A stretch of 64,000 nt of DNA. Origin: Cyanobacteria bacterium P01_A01_bin.123. GTDB taxonomy: Bacteria > Cyanobacteriota > Cyanobacteriia > Phormidesmidales > Phormidesmidaceae. The first letter of the stretch is position 1. Each line of letters opens with the position of its first letter. The position numbers and the translations under genes are program-made. Of the stretch, positions 52,404-63,400 are shown in pieces. The notes beneath the pieces are model-generated. The model saw only the letters and a list, made by a program, of their open reading frames with translations, had not been told where the DNA came from and made no database searches. The stretch spans positions 128,001-192,000 of the forward strand of contig JBCBZT010000006.1 of the NCBI GenBank assembly GCA_039815185.1, given 5' to 3'.

Positions 52404-53687
52404 TTACAGTTCAAGCATCCTCTGAATGAAGGTCGGTAAACAAAACGCCGCATTGTGAATATCGGCATTGTAGTAGCCGAGTTGATGGGTTTGGGCAAAT
52501 TGATGGGCGACACCGCGATCAAAATCGCTCAGGGGATGGGGCCCATTCTTAGAACAATAGCTGAAGCTCCACATGCCTGTGGGATAAGTCGGGATAAACG
52601 CAAGATAGCAGTGGACCTGCTCGGCGCCAAAAATTTCCCTTAGACAGCGGTTGAGATCAATAAATGCGGCCTGATTGAAGCGGGGTGATTCGCTTTGGGC
52701 GGTCATCACCCCACCGGGTTTGAGACAGCGATGAACCTGCTGATAAAACGACTGACTAAACAACCCTTCCGATGGTCCTACGGGATCAGAAGAATCAATC
52801 ACAATTAGATCAAACGCAGCATCTGGTGCATTAGCCATGTAGTCGATGCCATCGCCAATGATTAGATTCAATTTTGGATCGTCCAATCTAGAAGAGAGGG
52901 TCGGCAGGTACTGGCGCGACGCCCGCACGACCACCTCGTCAATTTCCACCATGGTGACCCGTTCCACTTGGGGATGCTTGAGAACTTCACGGACGCTGCC
53001 GCCGTCTCCCCCGCCAATCACCAAAACATCCTTAGCCACTGGCTGGGTCAGCAGGGGAACATGGATGATCATTTCGTGATAGGCGGGTTCGTCGTTTTCG
53101 GTACACATCACCATTTTGTCGACAGTCAACATTTTGCCGTACTCAAAGGTGTCGAAGATTTCGACGGTTTGGTAAGCCGACTTTTCTCGAAATACCGGAT
53201 CGCCCTTGTGACGAATCGACAAGGCAATATTTTCGTTGCGATCGGTGAACCAAACGCTGCGACTAAATTTGGGGTCTAACAATTTATTCGTGGCCTCATC
53301 GCGCAGTTCACCCAAATCAATATCCAATTTTTCTAGCAAATCGAGTTGACCCCGATTCATTTCAATTGCGGACCCGCTTTCAGCTTGAAAGGCTTTTTTG
53401 AGTGAATCATAGGACACCCACGGATTGACAGAATAGCCGCAGGTAAACAGGTCTACGGCAGCATAGCGATACTCAGGCCAGGTGTGGATAGCCAAATGAC
53501 TCTCTTGAATCACCACTACCCCAGAAACGCCAAAGGGCGAAAAGTGATGAAATACCGAATTGATCAGCGTTGCCCCAGCTTCTTTGGCCGCCTCGACCAT
53601 GCTGTGCTCAATGCAAGGGACGTCATTGAGAATTTCGGCTGAACAGCCGTGAAACTCTACGAGTATGTGCCGACCCAGTGATTTCAT
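52404..53687 (-). CDS. speE: Fused S-adenosylmethionine decarboxylase / spermidine synthase (SpeD-SpeE)
   Basis: N-terminal LGRHIL...[12 protein letters not shown] (pyruvoyl cleavage E-S); C-terminal YHEMIIH, IGGGDGG, IDSSDP; one uninterrupted frame. Confidence 0.92.
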   Translation of the reverse strand: MKSLGRHILVEFHGCSAEILNDVPCIEHSMVEAAKEAGATLINSVFHHFSPFGVSGVVVIQESHLAIHTWPEYRYAAVDLFTCGYSVNPWVSYDSLKKAFQAESGSAIEMNRGQLDLLEKLDIDLGELRDEATNKLLDPKFSRSVWFTDRNENIALSIRHKGDPVFREKSAYQTVEIFDTFEYGKMLTVDKMVMCTENDEPAYHEMIIHVPLLTQPVAKDVLVIGGGDGGSVREVLKHPQVERVTMVEIDEVVVRASRQYLPTLSSRLDDPKLNLIIGDGIDYMANAPDAAFDLIVIDSSDPVGPSEGLFSQSFYQQVHRCLKPGGVMTAQSESPRFNQAAFIDLNRCLREIFGAEQVHCYLAFIPTYPTGMWSFSYCSKNGPHPLSDFDRGVAHQFAQTHQLGYYNADIHNAAFCLPTFIQRMLEL

Positions 53688-53825
53688 AAGCGCTAGCCCC
53701 CAATTCATCGCGTTTAGATACTACGACAGAAAGGTTAAGCTATACGCTAAATACCCATAGAAAAGCGCCAGTCCTGGGAACTGGCGCGATGGTGCAGATG
53801 AACAGGGAACTGATGCACCAAACTT

Positions 53826-53930
53826 GAACAAAAACCGCCTCCCCCATCTATCACGAGGGAGGCGGTTAGTTGGGTGTGAGGGACCGCTTAGAGGGTGGCG
53901 GGTACCCACCGGGGGCGACGCTTCAGCCCC
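53826..53930 (-). ncRNA. Yfr1-like structured element (hairpins, CUCACAC linker, terminator)
   Basis: Minus strand: two short hairpins, then UCCCUCACACCC, then 11-bp terminator stem 53833-53867 with U-run. Could be only the 3' UTR of the upstream gene. Confidence 0.35.
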
Positions 53931-54008
53931 AGGCAAGTCTGACGAGATAGCTGAGGTAACGTAGATTTCACCACAGGTGAATCGGGACAAATAGTTAATC
54001 TCATGGTC

Positions 54009-54431
54009 TTAGTCCGCTAGGGTTTCGTTGCGGAGTTGGTCGAGATTGGACTGGTCTTTATCCAAGTTCTCGCGGCGGAGTTGGTCAAACTTGCTGGACT
54101 TCTCCAAGTTCTCTTCGCGGATGGCGTCGAGGTTGGATTGATCTTTGTCTAAGTTTTCGCGGCGCAGTTGGTCAAACTTACTGGACTTTTCCAAGTTGTC
54201 GGCCCGCAACTCATCCAAGTTGGACTGGTCTTTGTCTAGGTTCTCACGGCGCAGTTGGTCGAACTTGCTAGATTTCTCCAAGTTTTCTTCGCGCAGTAGC
54301 TCTAGCTGGTTTTGGTCTTTGTCTAGGTTGTCGCGACGCAGTTGGTCAAAGTTGGGTGAGGCAAAGGCAGCAGGTGCGATAGTTGCAGAGGTGAGGACAA
54401 CGGATAGTAGAGAGAGGGTAAAGCGTTTCAT
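54009..54431 (-). CDS. Small exported protein made of about four 29-aa repeats
   Basis: Signal peptide ending AFA; repeats FDQLRRENLDKDQSNLDxLRxxNLEKSSK; AAGGAG RBS. Confidence 0.85.
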   Translation of the reverse strand: MKRFTLSLLSVVLTSATIAPAAFASPNFDQLRRDNLDKDQNQLELLREENLEKSSKFDQLRRENLDKDQSNLDELRADNLEKSSKFDQLRRENLDKDQSNLDAIREENLEKSSKFDQLRRENLDKDQSNLDQLRNETLAD

Positions 54432-54662
54432 CGTTTTCAGCTCCTTAGAAATCAGGTGATGTGTGGACTTCGTTCATCTTGATTTCTATAGTGCTGTTTC
54501 TAACTGAATTCCCCCTGACCGCATCGTGAGGCGTAATTAAAGGCTGTCTGAGTAGGGTGAAGGGAAATTCTCAGGGTAGATTCAGGGAGGGAGAGGCAAA
54601 AGCGATCGCGACCTAGGAGCACACACATATATCTATCGCGCCGTCGGTATCGTTTACATCTC

Positions 54663-54878
54663 CTAATCAGGAATAACTAATTCTTCGATCTCAGCAGGGG
54701 AGCCGATAGGCAGTTGTGTTGACTGAGTACGATCCCATATTCCAGACCCCACCAAACCTGCCAGAACAATAGGAACCAAAAGTTTGGTCAGCGTTGCCAG
54801 GGCAGACTCAGACACCCTGATCTTAAGTTCAATGCCGTTGGGTTCTGGCGGTGGCGGAGTTTGCTTTGCTGAAAACAT
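54663..54878 (-). CDS. Small single-TM hypothetical protein
   Basis: 71 aa, one hydrophobic helix; last gene of the PadR run. Confidence 0.55.
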   Translation of the reverse strand: MFSAKQTPPPPEPNGIELKIRVSESALATLTKLLVPIVLAGLVGSGIWDRTQSTQLPIGSPAEIEELVIPD

Positions 54879-54916
54879 GAGGGAAAATCCTTTAAGCAGG
54901 GAAGTACAGCTAAAAC

Positions 54917-55996
54917 TTAGTCATCGGTTTTGCGATCACCAGGAGGAAGGGTCAGGTTTTCAAGCTGAACCTGGATGTAGAAAACCCAGAGGAGCGTTAC
55001 AAATTCCTCGAGTAGCCGTAGGCAAATTAACCAGGGAGAAGTTTTTGCTTGCTTCATCCGCCTATGCATAATACCCAGCTCAGCAACACACTCCTCTGGC
55101 AGGAAGGCGATGAATTGCATCGTGTAGGGGAGGTGATAGGCACCTCGCAGCCTAATCAGCAGCATTGACATAGTCAGAAATATGAATAACGATACGCCTA
55201 GCAAGATGGCCGACTGGAGCAACACACGGGTACGACTAGGCTCACTCGTTAAAAGCTGCTCTAAAGACTGTCCTTGGTGAAGCGTCAAACCGTGAGTTCG
55301 CTTTAACTCAGCTTTTACGGTAGTTACCAATAAATGCTCTTGTAACAAAGCCTGAGCCAGATTCTGGGCCTGGGCTAGCTCCAGAACCAGATTCTGAGCC
55401 AGCTCAAGATCTGGAGCCAGCTCCAAACTCCGAGCCAGATTCTGAGCCAGCTCCAAACTCCGAATCAGATCCTGAGCCAGAGCCAGAGCCTGATGCGGAG
55501 CCAGAGCCCAAATCGCGCCCAGAGGCAGATTATGATTTGAAGCCTGATCCGAAACCAGAGCCCCAACCAGAACCCTAGCCAGAGCCTGACCCAGATACAG
55601 ATCCTGAGTCAGATCCTGAGCCAGATCCTGAGCCAAAGCCAGATCCTGAGCCGAAGCCAGATCCTGAGCCAAAGCCAGATCCTGAGCCAAAGCCAGATCT
55701 AGATCCTGAATATCCTGAATACCCAATAAAGAGCGGGTCGCAGACAACTGCTTTTCCTGGGCTATGGCTTGAATTTCAAGTTTCGCCTGTTCCACTGCCT
55801 CGGAAGAACTATTCTCGTCGGTTACAACTTCTACTAACCGTGCAAGCTCAAGTGACCATGATGGCTGTTGCGGACGATGCTGTAGCACAGTTTGTAACTG
55901 TAAGGCGGAAAACCCAAGCGCAATCAAAGTTCCAAACCCCATGATCAGGCGATCGCGACAAACCCTTCGCAAATCCTGCTTCATTACCTTATCCAT
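54917..55996 (-). CDS. Membrane protein with AQDLAL-type repeats, coupled to PadR
   Basis: ATG 55996 overlaps the PadR stop; TM segments flank a low-complexity repeat region. Confidence 0.7.
   Translation of the reverse strand: MDKVMKQDLRRVCRDRLIMGFGTLIALGFSALQLQTVLQHRPQQPSWSLELARLVEVVTDENSSSEAVEQAKLEIQAIAQEKQLSATRSLLGIQDIQDLDLALAQDLALAQDLASAQDLALAQDLAQDLTQDLYLGQALARVLVGALVSDQASNHNLPLGAIWALAPHQALALAQDLIRSLELAQNLARSLELAPDLELAQNLVLELAQAQNLAQALLQEHLLVTTVKAELKRTHGLTLHQGQSLEQLLTSEPSRTRVLLQSAILLGVSLFIFLTMSMLLIRLRGAYHLPYTMQFIAFLPEECVAELGIMHRRMKQAKTSPWLICLRLLEEFVTLLWVFYIQVQLENLTLPPGDRKTDD
55621..55692. repeat. 18-bp coding tandem repeat x4
   Basis: CCAGATCCTGAGCC(A/G)AAG x4, with degenerate 12-21 bp copies nearby (about 55350-55720). 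Confidence 0.9.
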
Positions 55997-56369
55997 GACC
56001 AGCACCTCCCCACATCGCTTGTCCCTGAGCTGCCCGTTGAGCAAGAGAGGCCCGATATTGCTGTACAGTGCTCAAGGAGCGAGCACCCAAGCCCGTCACC
56101 TTGTAGTATTTACGCCGGGCACCACCAGATTCATCAACCTCATCACCCCATTGCCAGGAAACCAATCCCTTTTTCTCCAGCCGATTGAGAGCGGGATAGA
56201 GACTACCAAACTTAAGCGCGATAGGCCGATCGAGATTGAGCTGATCGAGAATTTCGAGGCCGTATAGCTCTCGTCCAAGCAATACCGTTAGGATGTCCTC
56301 ATCAATAGCTGACAACCGTACAGGCTTTGAGGGCTTATCTTTTGGGTCTTTCTTCTGTTTGGGAGGCAT
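55989..56369 (-). CDS. PadR-family transcriptional regulator
   Basis: ELYGLEI, GSLYPALNRLEKKGLV, RRKYYKVTGLG. Confidence 0.93.
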   Translation of the reverse strand: MPPKQKKDPKDKPSKPVRLSAIDEDILTVLLGRELYGLEILDQLNLDRPIALKFGSLYPALNRLEKKGLVSWQWGDEVDESGGARRKYYKVTGLGARSLSTVQQYRASLAQRAAQGQAMWGGAGHG

Positions 56370-56621
56370 AATACCTACCTGAACAATATCTAAGTATCTA
56401 TGGATCTATATTATTGTAAAAACATATAATTGTCCACACATTTATAAAGCTCATTGAAAAATCGACTCAACGCTTAGCATTGAGTCGCCTAGGTGCTACA
56501 ACAATCTTCCCAATCGTGCGCCGCTTCCCAATCATCCGGTGCACGATCGCTAACGGCCACACCTTCACAGACACCTTCTACCGTCACGTTTCCCAAGCGA
56601 TCGCGTCCTTACCCCCTACCC

Positions 56622-57242
56622 TCACCGCCGGAGCTTAGATCCAAAGGGAGACCCATTGCGAAAGTAGTTGTCATCTGGAGAATGAGCTGGATTATTGGAG
56701 ACTGGCAAATCTGACCCATTGCTGGATAAAGGGGAAAACATGAGTTCTGAGTTCGGTGCTGCTAATACAGGTTCAGGGGATTCTGAATGCGTTTTAGAGA
56801 CCGGGATATCTTGTTTCGCAGCATTGAGCTCTCTGTTGAGCTCTCGAATACGCCGAGACAAAAGGCGAATGATATTGACCGCAATGCCAGGTGTCTCGTC
56901 AATAGCCTCATACAGTTGCTGCTGAGTCAAGACTAAGCAGTCACAGGGTTCTAACGTTGAGACAGAGGCAGAGCGAGGTTCAGCGTCAAATAGAGACATC
57001 TCACCAAAACAGGTGCCTTCGTCAAGCTCAGCGAGATTTTTCTCGTTGAGGTGAACCCGCACCTTACCCGAGACAACAATATAGAGCGATCGCCCCTCTT
57101 GCCCCTCAGTAAAAATTGAATAGTCCGCAGGGAACGACAATTCGTCCATAATGGACGCCAAGCGGACTAGAAAATCGTCCCGCAGTTCTTTAAAGATGGG
57201 GACACCCCGAACAAATAAAAGTCGATCAACACTAGTTAACAT
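56622..57242 (-). CDS. Cyclic-nucleotide-binding domain protein
   Basis: MLTSVDRLLFVR start, FGEMSL, PRSASV; no HTH, disordered C-tail. Confidence 0.9.
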   Translation of the reverse strand: MLTSVDRLLFVRGVPIFKELRDDFLVRLASIMDELSFPADYSIFTEGQEGRSLYIVVSGKVRVHLNEKNLAELDEGTCFGEMSLFDAEPRSASVSTLEPCDCLVLTQQQLYEAIDETPGIAVNIIRLLSRRIRELNRELNAAKQDIPVSKTHSESPEPVLAAPNSELMFSPLSSNGSDLPVSNNPAHSPDDNYFRNGSPFGSKLRR

Positions 57243-57412
57243 AACCTTTGAAATCCACAGACGGCGCCTGAGTGTTTTACCTAACAAAACTTCAGTTCAA
57301 GCATGCCCGTCGGCGGTGAAAATCAACCTTACGAACAGTGGAGGTTTCAGGAACTCACAGCTTGAATGTGCTTATTGGAGACTGTTTCGACGATTCTGTC
57401 AAGAAAATATCG

Positions 57413-57994
57413 ATGTTAACTCATCAACCCGTGACGCGATGTTTTATGGTTTTGTGCTTTGGCGCAGCAGTAATGGTCGTGGCTGCGGAATGGCAAGCCT
57501 ACCCCAATCGGCGAGATGCCCATATTCGGCCTGTCCCGGCTCGGCTAGCCAGTATCTGGGTGAATCAAGTCGCCCAGGCGTCGGAAATTCCCCTAGCCTC
57601 GGCTGAAGACCAAGCGTTGATCGTTAGCCTTAGCGAGCGGCGAGTCACTTTATATGAAGCGGGAGACGCAATTGTTCACTACGACATTGCCGTGGGTCAA
57701 GACGATTGGCAAACCCCTACCGGCGAATTTTCGGTGATGGACAAGCGCAAACATCCGGCTTGGCAACATCCGATTACAGGGCAGGTTTTTCAAGCGGGGC
57801 CAGAGAATCCGCTGGGGTCTCGCTGGATTGGGTTTTGGTCAGACGGGCAATACTTTATTGGCTTCCATGGCACTAACCAAGAAGATCTCATCGGTCAGGC
57901 GGTTTCCCACGGATGTATTCGGATGCGCGATCGCGATATTCAAGCCCTTTACGACCAAATCGCCATAGGCATTCCTGTGATTGTTAAACCTTAA
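57413..57994 (+). CDS. L,D-transpeptidase (YkuD/ErfK family)
   Basis: TPTGEF, NPLGSRWIGF, IGFHGT, SHGCIRM; start uncertain. Confidence 0.9.
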   Translation: MLTHQPVTRCFMVLCFGAAVMVVAAEWQAYPNRRDAHIRPVPARLASIWVNQVAQASEIPLASAEDQALIVSLSERRVTLYEAGDAIVHYDIAVGQDDWQTPTGEFSVMDKRKHPAWQHPITGQVFQAGPENPLGSRWIGFWSDGQYFIGFHGTNQEDLIGQAVSHGCIRMRDRDIQALYDQIAIGIPVIVKP

Positions 57995-58017
57995 AAAGTT
58001 CAGGGGTTGGGATTCTT

Positions 58018-58968
58018 TCAGGAATCCGATGCTTGACTCGCGATTGCCTGTCTTAAGCTGGCTTGATTTGCTGTCAATACCTCAGCGGCGACGACAGCCT
58101 CTAACCCCGTCCAGTGCATCATCAACGCAAGTTTGACATTGCGATCGCTTCTATCCAGCAATTCCCCCGCCTGGTCACGATCGAGGTCAGTCAAGTCGCA
58201 GAGAATACGCAGGGCGCGATCGCGCAGTTTGGTATTCGTCACCGACACATCTACCATGCGATTGCCGTAGACCTTGCCTAGCTTAACCATGACGCCCGTA
58301 GAAAGAATATTCAGCGCCATTTTAGTTACCGTACCGGCCTTTAGCCGGGTAGAGCCCGCCAAAATTTCCGGGCCCACCAGCAGGCGAATGTCGACATCTA
58401 CGGCGGCAGGCACCTGATCAGCCGGGACACAGGCCATAAAAATGGTTGTCGCTCCCCGCCGCTGGGCTTCTCGTAAAGCACCGTGAACATAAGGGGTCGT
58501 GCCCCCAGCGGTAATGCCCACCACCACATCATGCTGATTGATATGGCGTTCGGCAATCGCGTGTCCGCCATCTTCAGCAATGTCTTCTAGCCCTTCAGAA
58601 CTCCGCACCAACGCCCCTGCCCCCCCGGCAATAATGCCCTGCACCAACTCCGGTGGCGTACAAAACGTGGGGGGACACTCCGCTGCGTCCAACACGCCGA
58701 GACGACCGCTGGTGCCCGCCCCCACATAATAGAGATGGCCACCTTGGCAGAGGGCAGCTGCAGTTTTGTCAATGGCTTCAGCTAGGATGTCCTTTGCCGC
58801 TGCGATCGCGTCGAGGGTGCGCTGATCTTCGCGGTTAAACAGCGCCACGATTTCTGGAGACGACAGCAGATCAAGCTGGAGGCTGTCAGGATTATTTTGC
58901 TCCGTTAAAAGATAACCCCGATTCACTAGGGCATCATCTTGGGGAGTCGCGGCAGGATTGACAGGCAT
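58018..58968 (-). CDS. murQ: N-acetylmuramic acid 6-phosphate etherase
   Basis: GAGTSGRLGVLDAAECPPTF, GSTRLKAGT, GKVYGNRMVD. Confidence 0.96.
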   Translation of the reverse strand: MPVNPAATPQDDALVNRGYLLTEQNNPDSLQLDLLSSPEIVALFNREDQRTLDAIAAAKDILAEAIDKTAAALCQGGHLYYVGAGTSGRLGVLDAAECPPTFCTPPELVQGIIAGGAGALVRSSEGLEDIAEDGGHAIAERHINQHDVVVGITAGGTTPYVHGALREAQRRGATTIFMACVPADQVPAAVDVDIRLLVGPEILAGSTRLKAGTVTKMALNILSTGVMVKLGKVYGNRMVDVSVTNTKLRDRALRILCDLTDLDRDQAGELLDRSDRNVKLALMMHWTGLEAVVAAEVLTANQASLRQAIASQASDS

Positions 58969-59005
58969 CTTCAGATCTACAAGATCAAGTCTGCGAGAAC
59001 ACCCC

Positions 59006-59773
59006 TTACTTTATCAGCCGGAGGTTCAGAGGATAGCGAAACAACTGGCGATCGCCCGCTTTAACCGCCCCTAAAATCATGCAAACCAGCTCAAACAGCG
59101 CCAACGGAATCACCAGCAAAAAGCCGATCAAGATGACAAATAAAGCCGCTACGACCATCCAGCAGATCAACATGGAAATCTGGAAGTTCAGCGCCTCCTT
59201 TGCTTGTGCTTTGACAAACGGGGAATCTTTGCCCTTAGTGAACAAAATCACCAGCGGAAATGCAAGCCGCCCGATTAACCCAACAGACCCAGTGCCCCAG
59301 AATAACAAGAAACTGTCGTTACCCAACCACAACAGATAACCCAACAGCGGTCCAAGGTGAGCCAGCAGGGCAAACAGCCGTTCTTCGGATGGGGCAATCA
59401 AGCCAGATGGCTCAACGGGACTCAGTGAAGAAGCTGAAAGATTAGAGGCATCGGCGATCGCGGATTCTGGCGTGGGCTTTTCTGGCAACGCCACCGTCGC
59501 CGACCAATCGGGAAATTCGCTGTCTGTCCGCTTGCTGTAGATGCTGACTTCGTACAAACCTGGAATCGCCAGACGAATCATACCCTGGTGAATACGCGGG
59601 AGTACCGTATCTCGATCGAGGGGAATAGCCGATTCCAGCAAAATTTTTAAATGTTGGTCGTTGCGCTGGGCACTTGCACTCACACCATCTGTTTGTAACG
59701 ATTGGTTGATCAATTGGGCGATCGCATCCACATCTCCCTGTCTAGCTCGCTTTACCCAATCTGAATCGACCAT
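59006..59773 (-). CDS. DUF4870 family membrane protein with N-terminal soluble domain
   Basis: ALLAHL, KEALNFQIS, FRYPLNLRLIK. Confidence 0.85.
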   Translation of the reverse strand: MVDSDWVKRARQGDVDAIAQLINQSLQTDGVSASAQRNDQHLKILLESAIPLDRDTVLPRIHQGMIRLAIPGLYEVSIYSKRTDSEFPDWSATVALPEKPTPESAIADASNLSASSLSPVEPSGLIAPSEERLFALLAHLGPLLGYLLWLGNDSFLLFWGTGSVGLIGRLAFPLVILFTKGKDSPFVKAQAKEALNFQISMLICWMVVAALFVILIGFLLVIPLALFELVCMILGAVKAGDRQLFRYPLNLRLIK

Positions 59774-59819
59774 TTCATCCCCCAGCCTTTCAGCACTTCC
59801 CCACGTTCAACGCCTGCAA

Positions 59820-60215
59820 CTACAACAACCCCTCTAACCGTTGGCGAATTTTATCCATCTCAGCATCAGACATCGCTGTAGCTGCATCCTCGCCTCCTGA
59901 GGGGAACGATGCCTCGGGTTTTGCGTCAGGATCCCAGTCGGGGTCGGCAACATTGGTTTCCGGTGGCATGGCCAGCATGCCTTCTTCTACGAGGGCACAG
60001 TCATAGCCCGCCCCTTGGCAAAATTCTTCAATTTCATCTGAATCAATGGGCTCTACTGACGGATTGGGCAAATCTTGAGCTTCTAGCATCAACCCGTATC
60101 GAATCGCGTCATCCTCATTTTCAAACATCAACACCACATTGCGATCGCCCATTTTTAGGGTGTGGATGCCAGCATTGTCGCTGTTGGCATTAAATAAGAC
60201 CACAAACACTTGCAT
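59820..60215 (-). CDS. DUF3110 family protein
   Basis: VFVVLFNA, GIHTL, VLMFENEDDAIRYGLMLEAQD. Confidence 0.85.
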   Translation of the reverse strand: MQVFVVLFNANSDNAGIHTLKMGDRNVVLMFENEDDAIRYGLMLEAQDLPNPSVEPIDSDEIEEFCQGAGYDCALVEEGMLAMPPETNVADPDWDPDAKPEASFPSGGEDAATAMSDAEMDKIRQRLEGLL

Positions 60216-60433
60216 GACCTTTGACTCACCTTGCTGCTGGTTCTATCTTATGTTGAGCAGTCCCTCTGATTACGATCGGCCTGACCACGGCTCGGAAAAT
60301 TCGGTCAGTTTTAGGATAAATCATCCCCAATTGAGAAAAACTGAGACCTAATGAAGAAATTAATTTAGGACTTGGCAGCGCGAAACGTTCACGGTTTCAT
60401 TAATATTGGTGGGATGGGTGGTGTGAGACTAGA

Positions 60434-63400
60434 ATGACAAATTCTCCCAATGGCGGACGAAATTCAGGCCGAACTGAACGCCCCCGTCGCCGTCGATTTT
60501 GGGTCAATACGGGGTTAACTGCTGGCGCGATCGCGATTTTGGGGCTTGCGGGCGGAATCTGGTGGGGTTGGGTATTTGTCAACAATCGGCTTTCCCCCCT
60601 GGTTGCTAGGCTATTGACTGAGTTTTTAGATCGACCGGTAGAATTCGGCGATGTCGAGCGGGTGACGCTTTCGAGTATTCGCATCGGTCCTTCGGCAATT
60701 CCAGCGACTGACACTGACCCGGACGAGGTGTTTGTCGAATCGTTGGACGTCAGATTTAATCTGTTCCGCAGCCTGTTCTCTCGTAAGCTGCGACTTAATG
60801 TTGAAGTCAACGGCGTCACCGGCTATTTTGAGCAAGACGCCGACGGTCAATGGGTTGATGTTGAGATCGATTTGCCCGAGCGAGATCCGGACGAGGAGGG
60901 ATTTTTTCAAATCAAAGCGGGCACGATTCGCTTCAGTGACAGTGAAGTTGTCTTAATTCCATACGCAGAATCAGAAACGCCAGCGGAGTCAGCCATACCA
61001 GAGGGCACTGATCCGACCGCAGAGACAGGATCTGAAGAGGCAGGATCCGAAAAGCTTTCAGACGTTCTAGACAATTCAGACGGGTTAGCGACGGGCTTAG
61101 GCACGCCAGTGACGCTAGGGGCAGTCGAGGGGCAGGTTTCCTTTACCGATCTGAACCTGGAAGAGGAATTAGGTGAAGGCTTCGACATTGAAACCCAACA
61201 AATTGATCTTGACGTAACCACCAAACCAGGACGAGGCGGTGATTTGACCGTTAAAGGCGCATTTTTACCCATTCCCAAACCGGAAGATGATCCGGCGGGT
61301 GAAGGCAGCCTCCAAGCCAATCTAACAGTGCAGTCTCAAGACATTAACATCCAAGATATTGTGCCTCTGGTGTTGTCCCTTGTCCCCAAGGTTCCCGTCA
61401 CCATTACCGACGTTGAGGGAACGCTCGATGGCAACGTAGACATTACCATTCATCCTGATAGTCCGGTGACGTTGCAGGGCACAGCCCAGGTCAATCAAGC
61501 AGCCGTGGCTATGGATCTGCTCCCCCAAGCGATTGAAGACATCAATGGCACGGTACGCTTTAAAGATACGGTGCTGACGCTAGAAGATGTGGTGGCCAGC
61601 TATGGCGATATTGACGCCAACGGTGGCGGCACCCTCGACTACATGGGCGACTATGACCTAGCCGCAACCGTCGATAGCTTTAGCATTGAACAAGTTGTCG
61701 ATACCCTCGATGTTGACCTGCCCATTCCAGCAGAGGGGCTATTTACCGCTGACGTTACAGTGCAGGGCCCCCTAGCCCAACCCGAAATCGCCGGCACGCT
61801 TGAATCACTGGGGAATACAGTCATTGATCAAGTCGCTTTCGCTGATGTCAGCCTCGACTTTGCCTTTGCTAACGCTCAGCTGATCTTCGAGTCGTTTAGC
61901 CTGATTCCCACAGCAGGGGGCAGCTTGGTCGGTCGGGGGCAGTTTACCCTAGGTCAACCTAGAACCCTATTTTTGCAGGCAGAAGGACGGGATTTGCCTG
62001 CTGATGCGATTGGTCGCCTCTATGGATTACCTGAGACCGTCACCCTAGGTGCTGTCGCCCTAGACGCCGAAGTGTCTGGGCCGCTGGACAATTTGCAGGG
62101 GCTGGTCAGCTGGCAAGCACCCAATGGCGACTATCCGGCTCGTGGTGAGCTTGCCCTGAGCGGGCAGCAAATTGACTTCCGCAACACGGTGGTACAGGTG
62201 GCTGGGGGACTAGTGCGTGGTGAAGGCACTCTCGCCAATGGATTATGGAATGCTCGTGTCCAAGGGGAAGGGATTCAACTGGGGCGCTTTGCCGCTAATC
62301 TGCAGGGCAGCTCTGCTGGTGGGGATGTTCAGCTTTCAGGCAGCTTGGATGATTTGAGCCTGGGCGGTATTCGCGGGGACGGCACGGTATTTGCCCAGAT
62401 TGCTGGGGGGGAGATCTCGGGGACGGCCAATTTAGCCAACGGCCTTTGGCGCAGCAATTTGCAGGCTTCTGGGGTGCAGCTCAATACTTTTGCCCAACAG
62501 CTCCAGGGTGCGGCTAGCGGCGATGTGCAGCTTTCAGGCAGCATAGATGATTTGAGTTTGGCAGGGATTCGCGGGGAAGGCGACTTGGCCCTATCCCAAG
62601 GGTTAGCTAGCTTTGCCGGGTTTGCGCCCGAGTTAGCCAATGTGAATAGTCCGCTAACGGCGGCGGTGGCCTGGGACGGGAGCCAAATTCAGGTGCAGCA
62701 GGCGGATACCGCTGGGATCAGTGCTAATGGTGTGATCGTGCCCCGTTTATCGGGCCCTGGCGCACCAACCATTGCCAATTTAGACCTGAATTTGGTGGTG
62801 CGGGATTATGATTTGGCGGCATTGCCGGCACCGTTGCCCAATAGCATCATGCTGCGCGGACGCGGTGATTTTACCGGGCGCTTGCAGGGCAGTTTGGCCA
62901 CGCTATCGCTAGATGGGGATGCCCAACTGACCGATTTGGCGGTGAATGACTTGGCTTTTGAACCACAGCTTTCAGGGCCGGTGGCCTTTACCCTGGGCGA
63001 TCGCGTTGCGATTGACTTGACTGGCAACAGCGATCGCTTGCAGGTGAATTACGCCTTTAGCGATCGCGCCCTTGATTTTGACATCAGAACTACGGCCCAA
63101 AATGTGAGGGGTGAAACCCTAGAAGCGATCGCCATAGGCAACACCGATGGCGATACGCTGTACGCTGAAATCAGGAACTTTCCTCTTTCAGCGCTGAATC
63201 TGCCCCCTGATGGCGTCGGTGGGTATGGTCAAGTGCGGGGGGTTGTCGATCAGGCAGATTTAGCCATTAATTTGGCCAATCCCAGTGGCCTTGATTTTGT
63301 GGGCGAAGTCGCACTCAGCGATCCGGGGCTGGGCTATATCGGTGTCGATAGTTTCAGCGGGCGCATCACCTACGTAAACGGCACCGCAATGTTAACCGGT

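Noticed and set aside
54030..54360. CRISPR-like periodic repeat
   Set aside because: 87-bp in-frame protein repeats with synonymous variation.
55350..55720. CRISPR array
   Set aside because: Contiguous coding repeats without unique spacers; no cas genes in the window.
62230..62580. Internal duplication in tamB as a novel feature
   Set aside because: Repeated beta-strand units are expected in TamB-family proteins.
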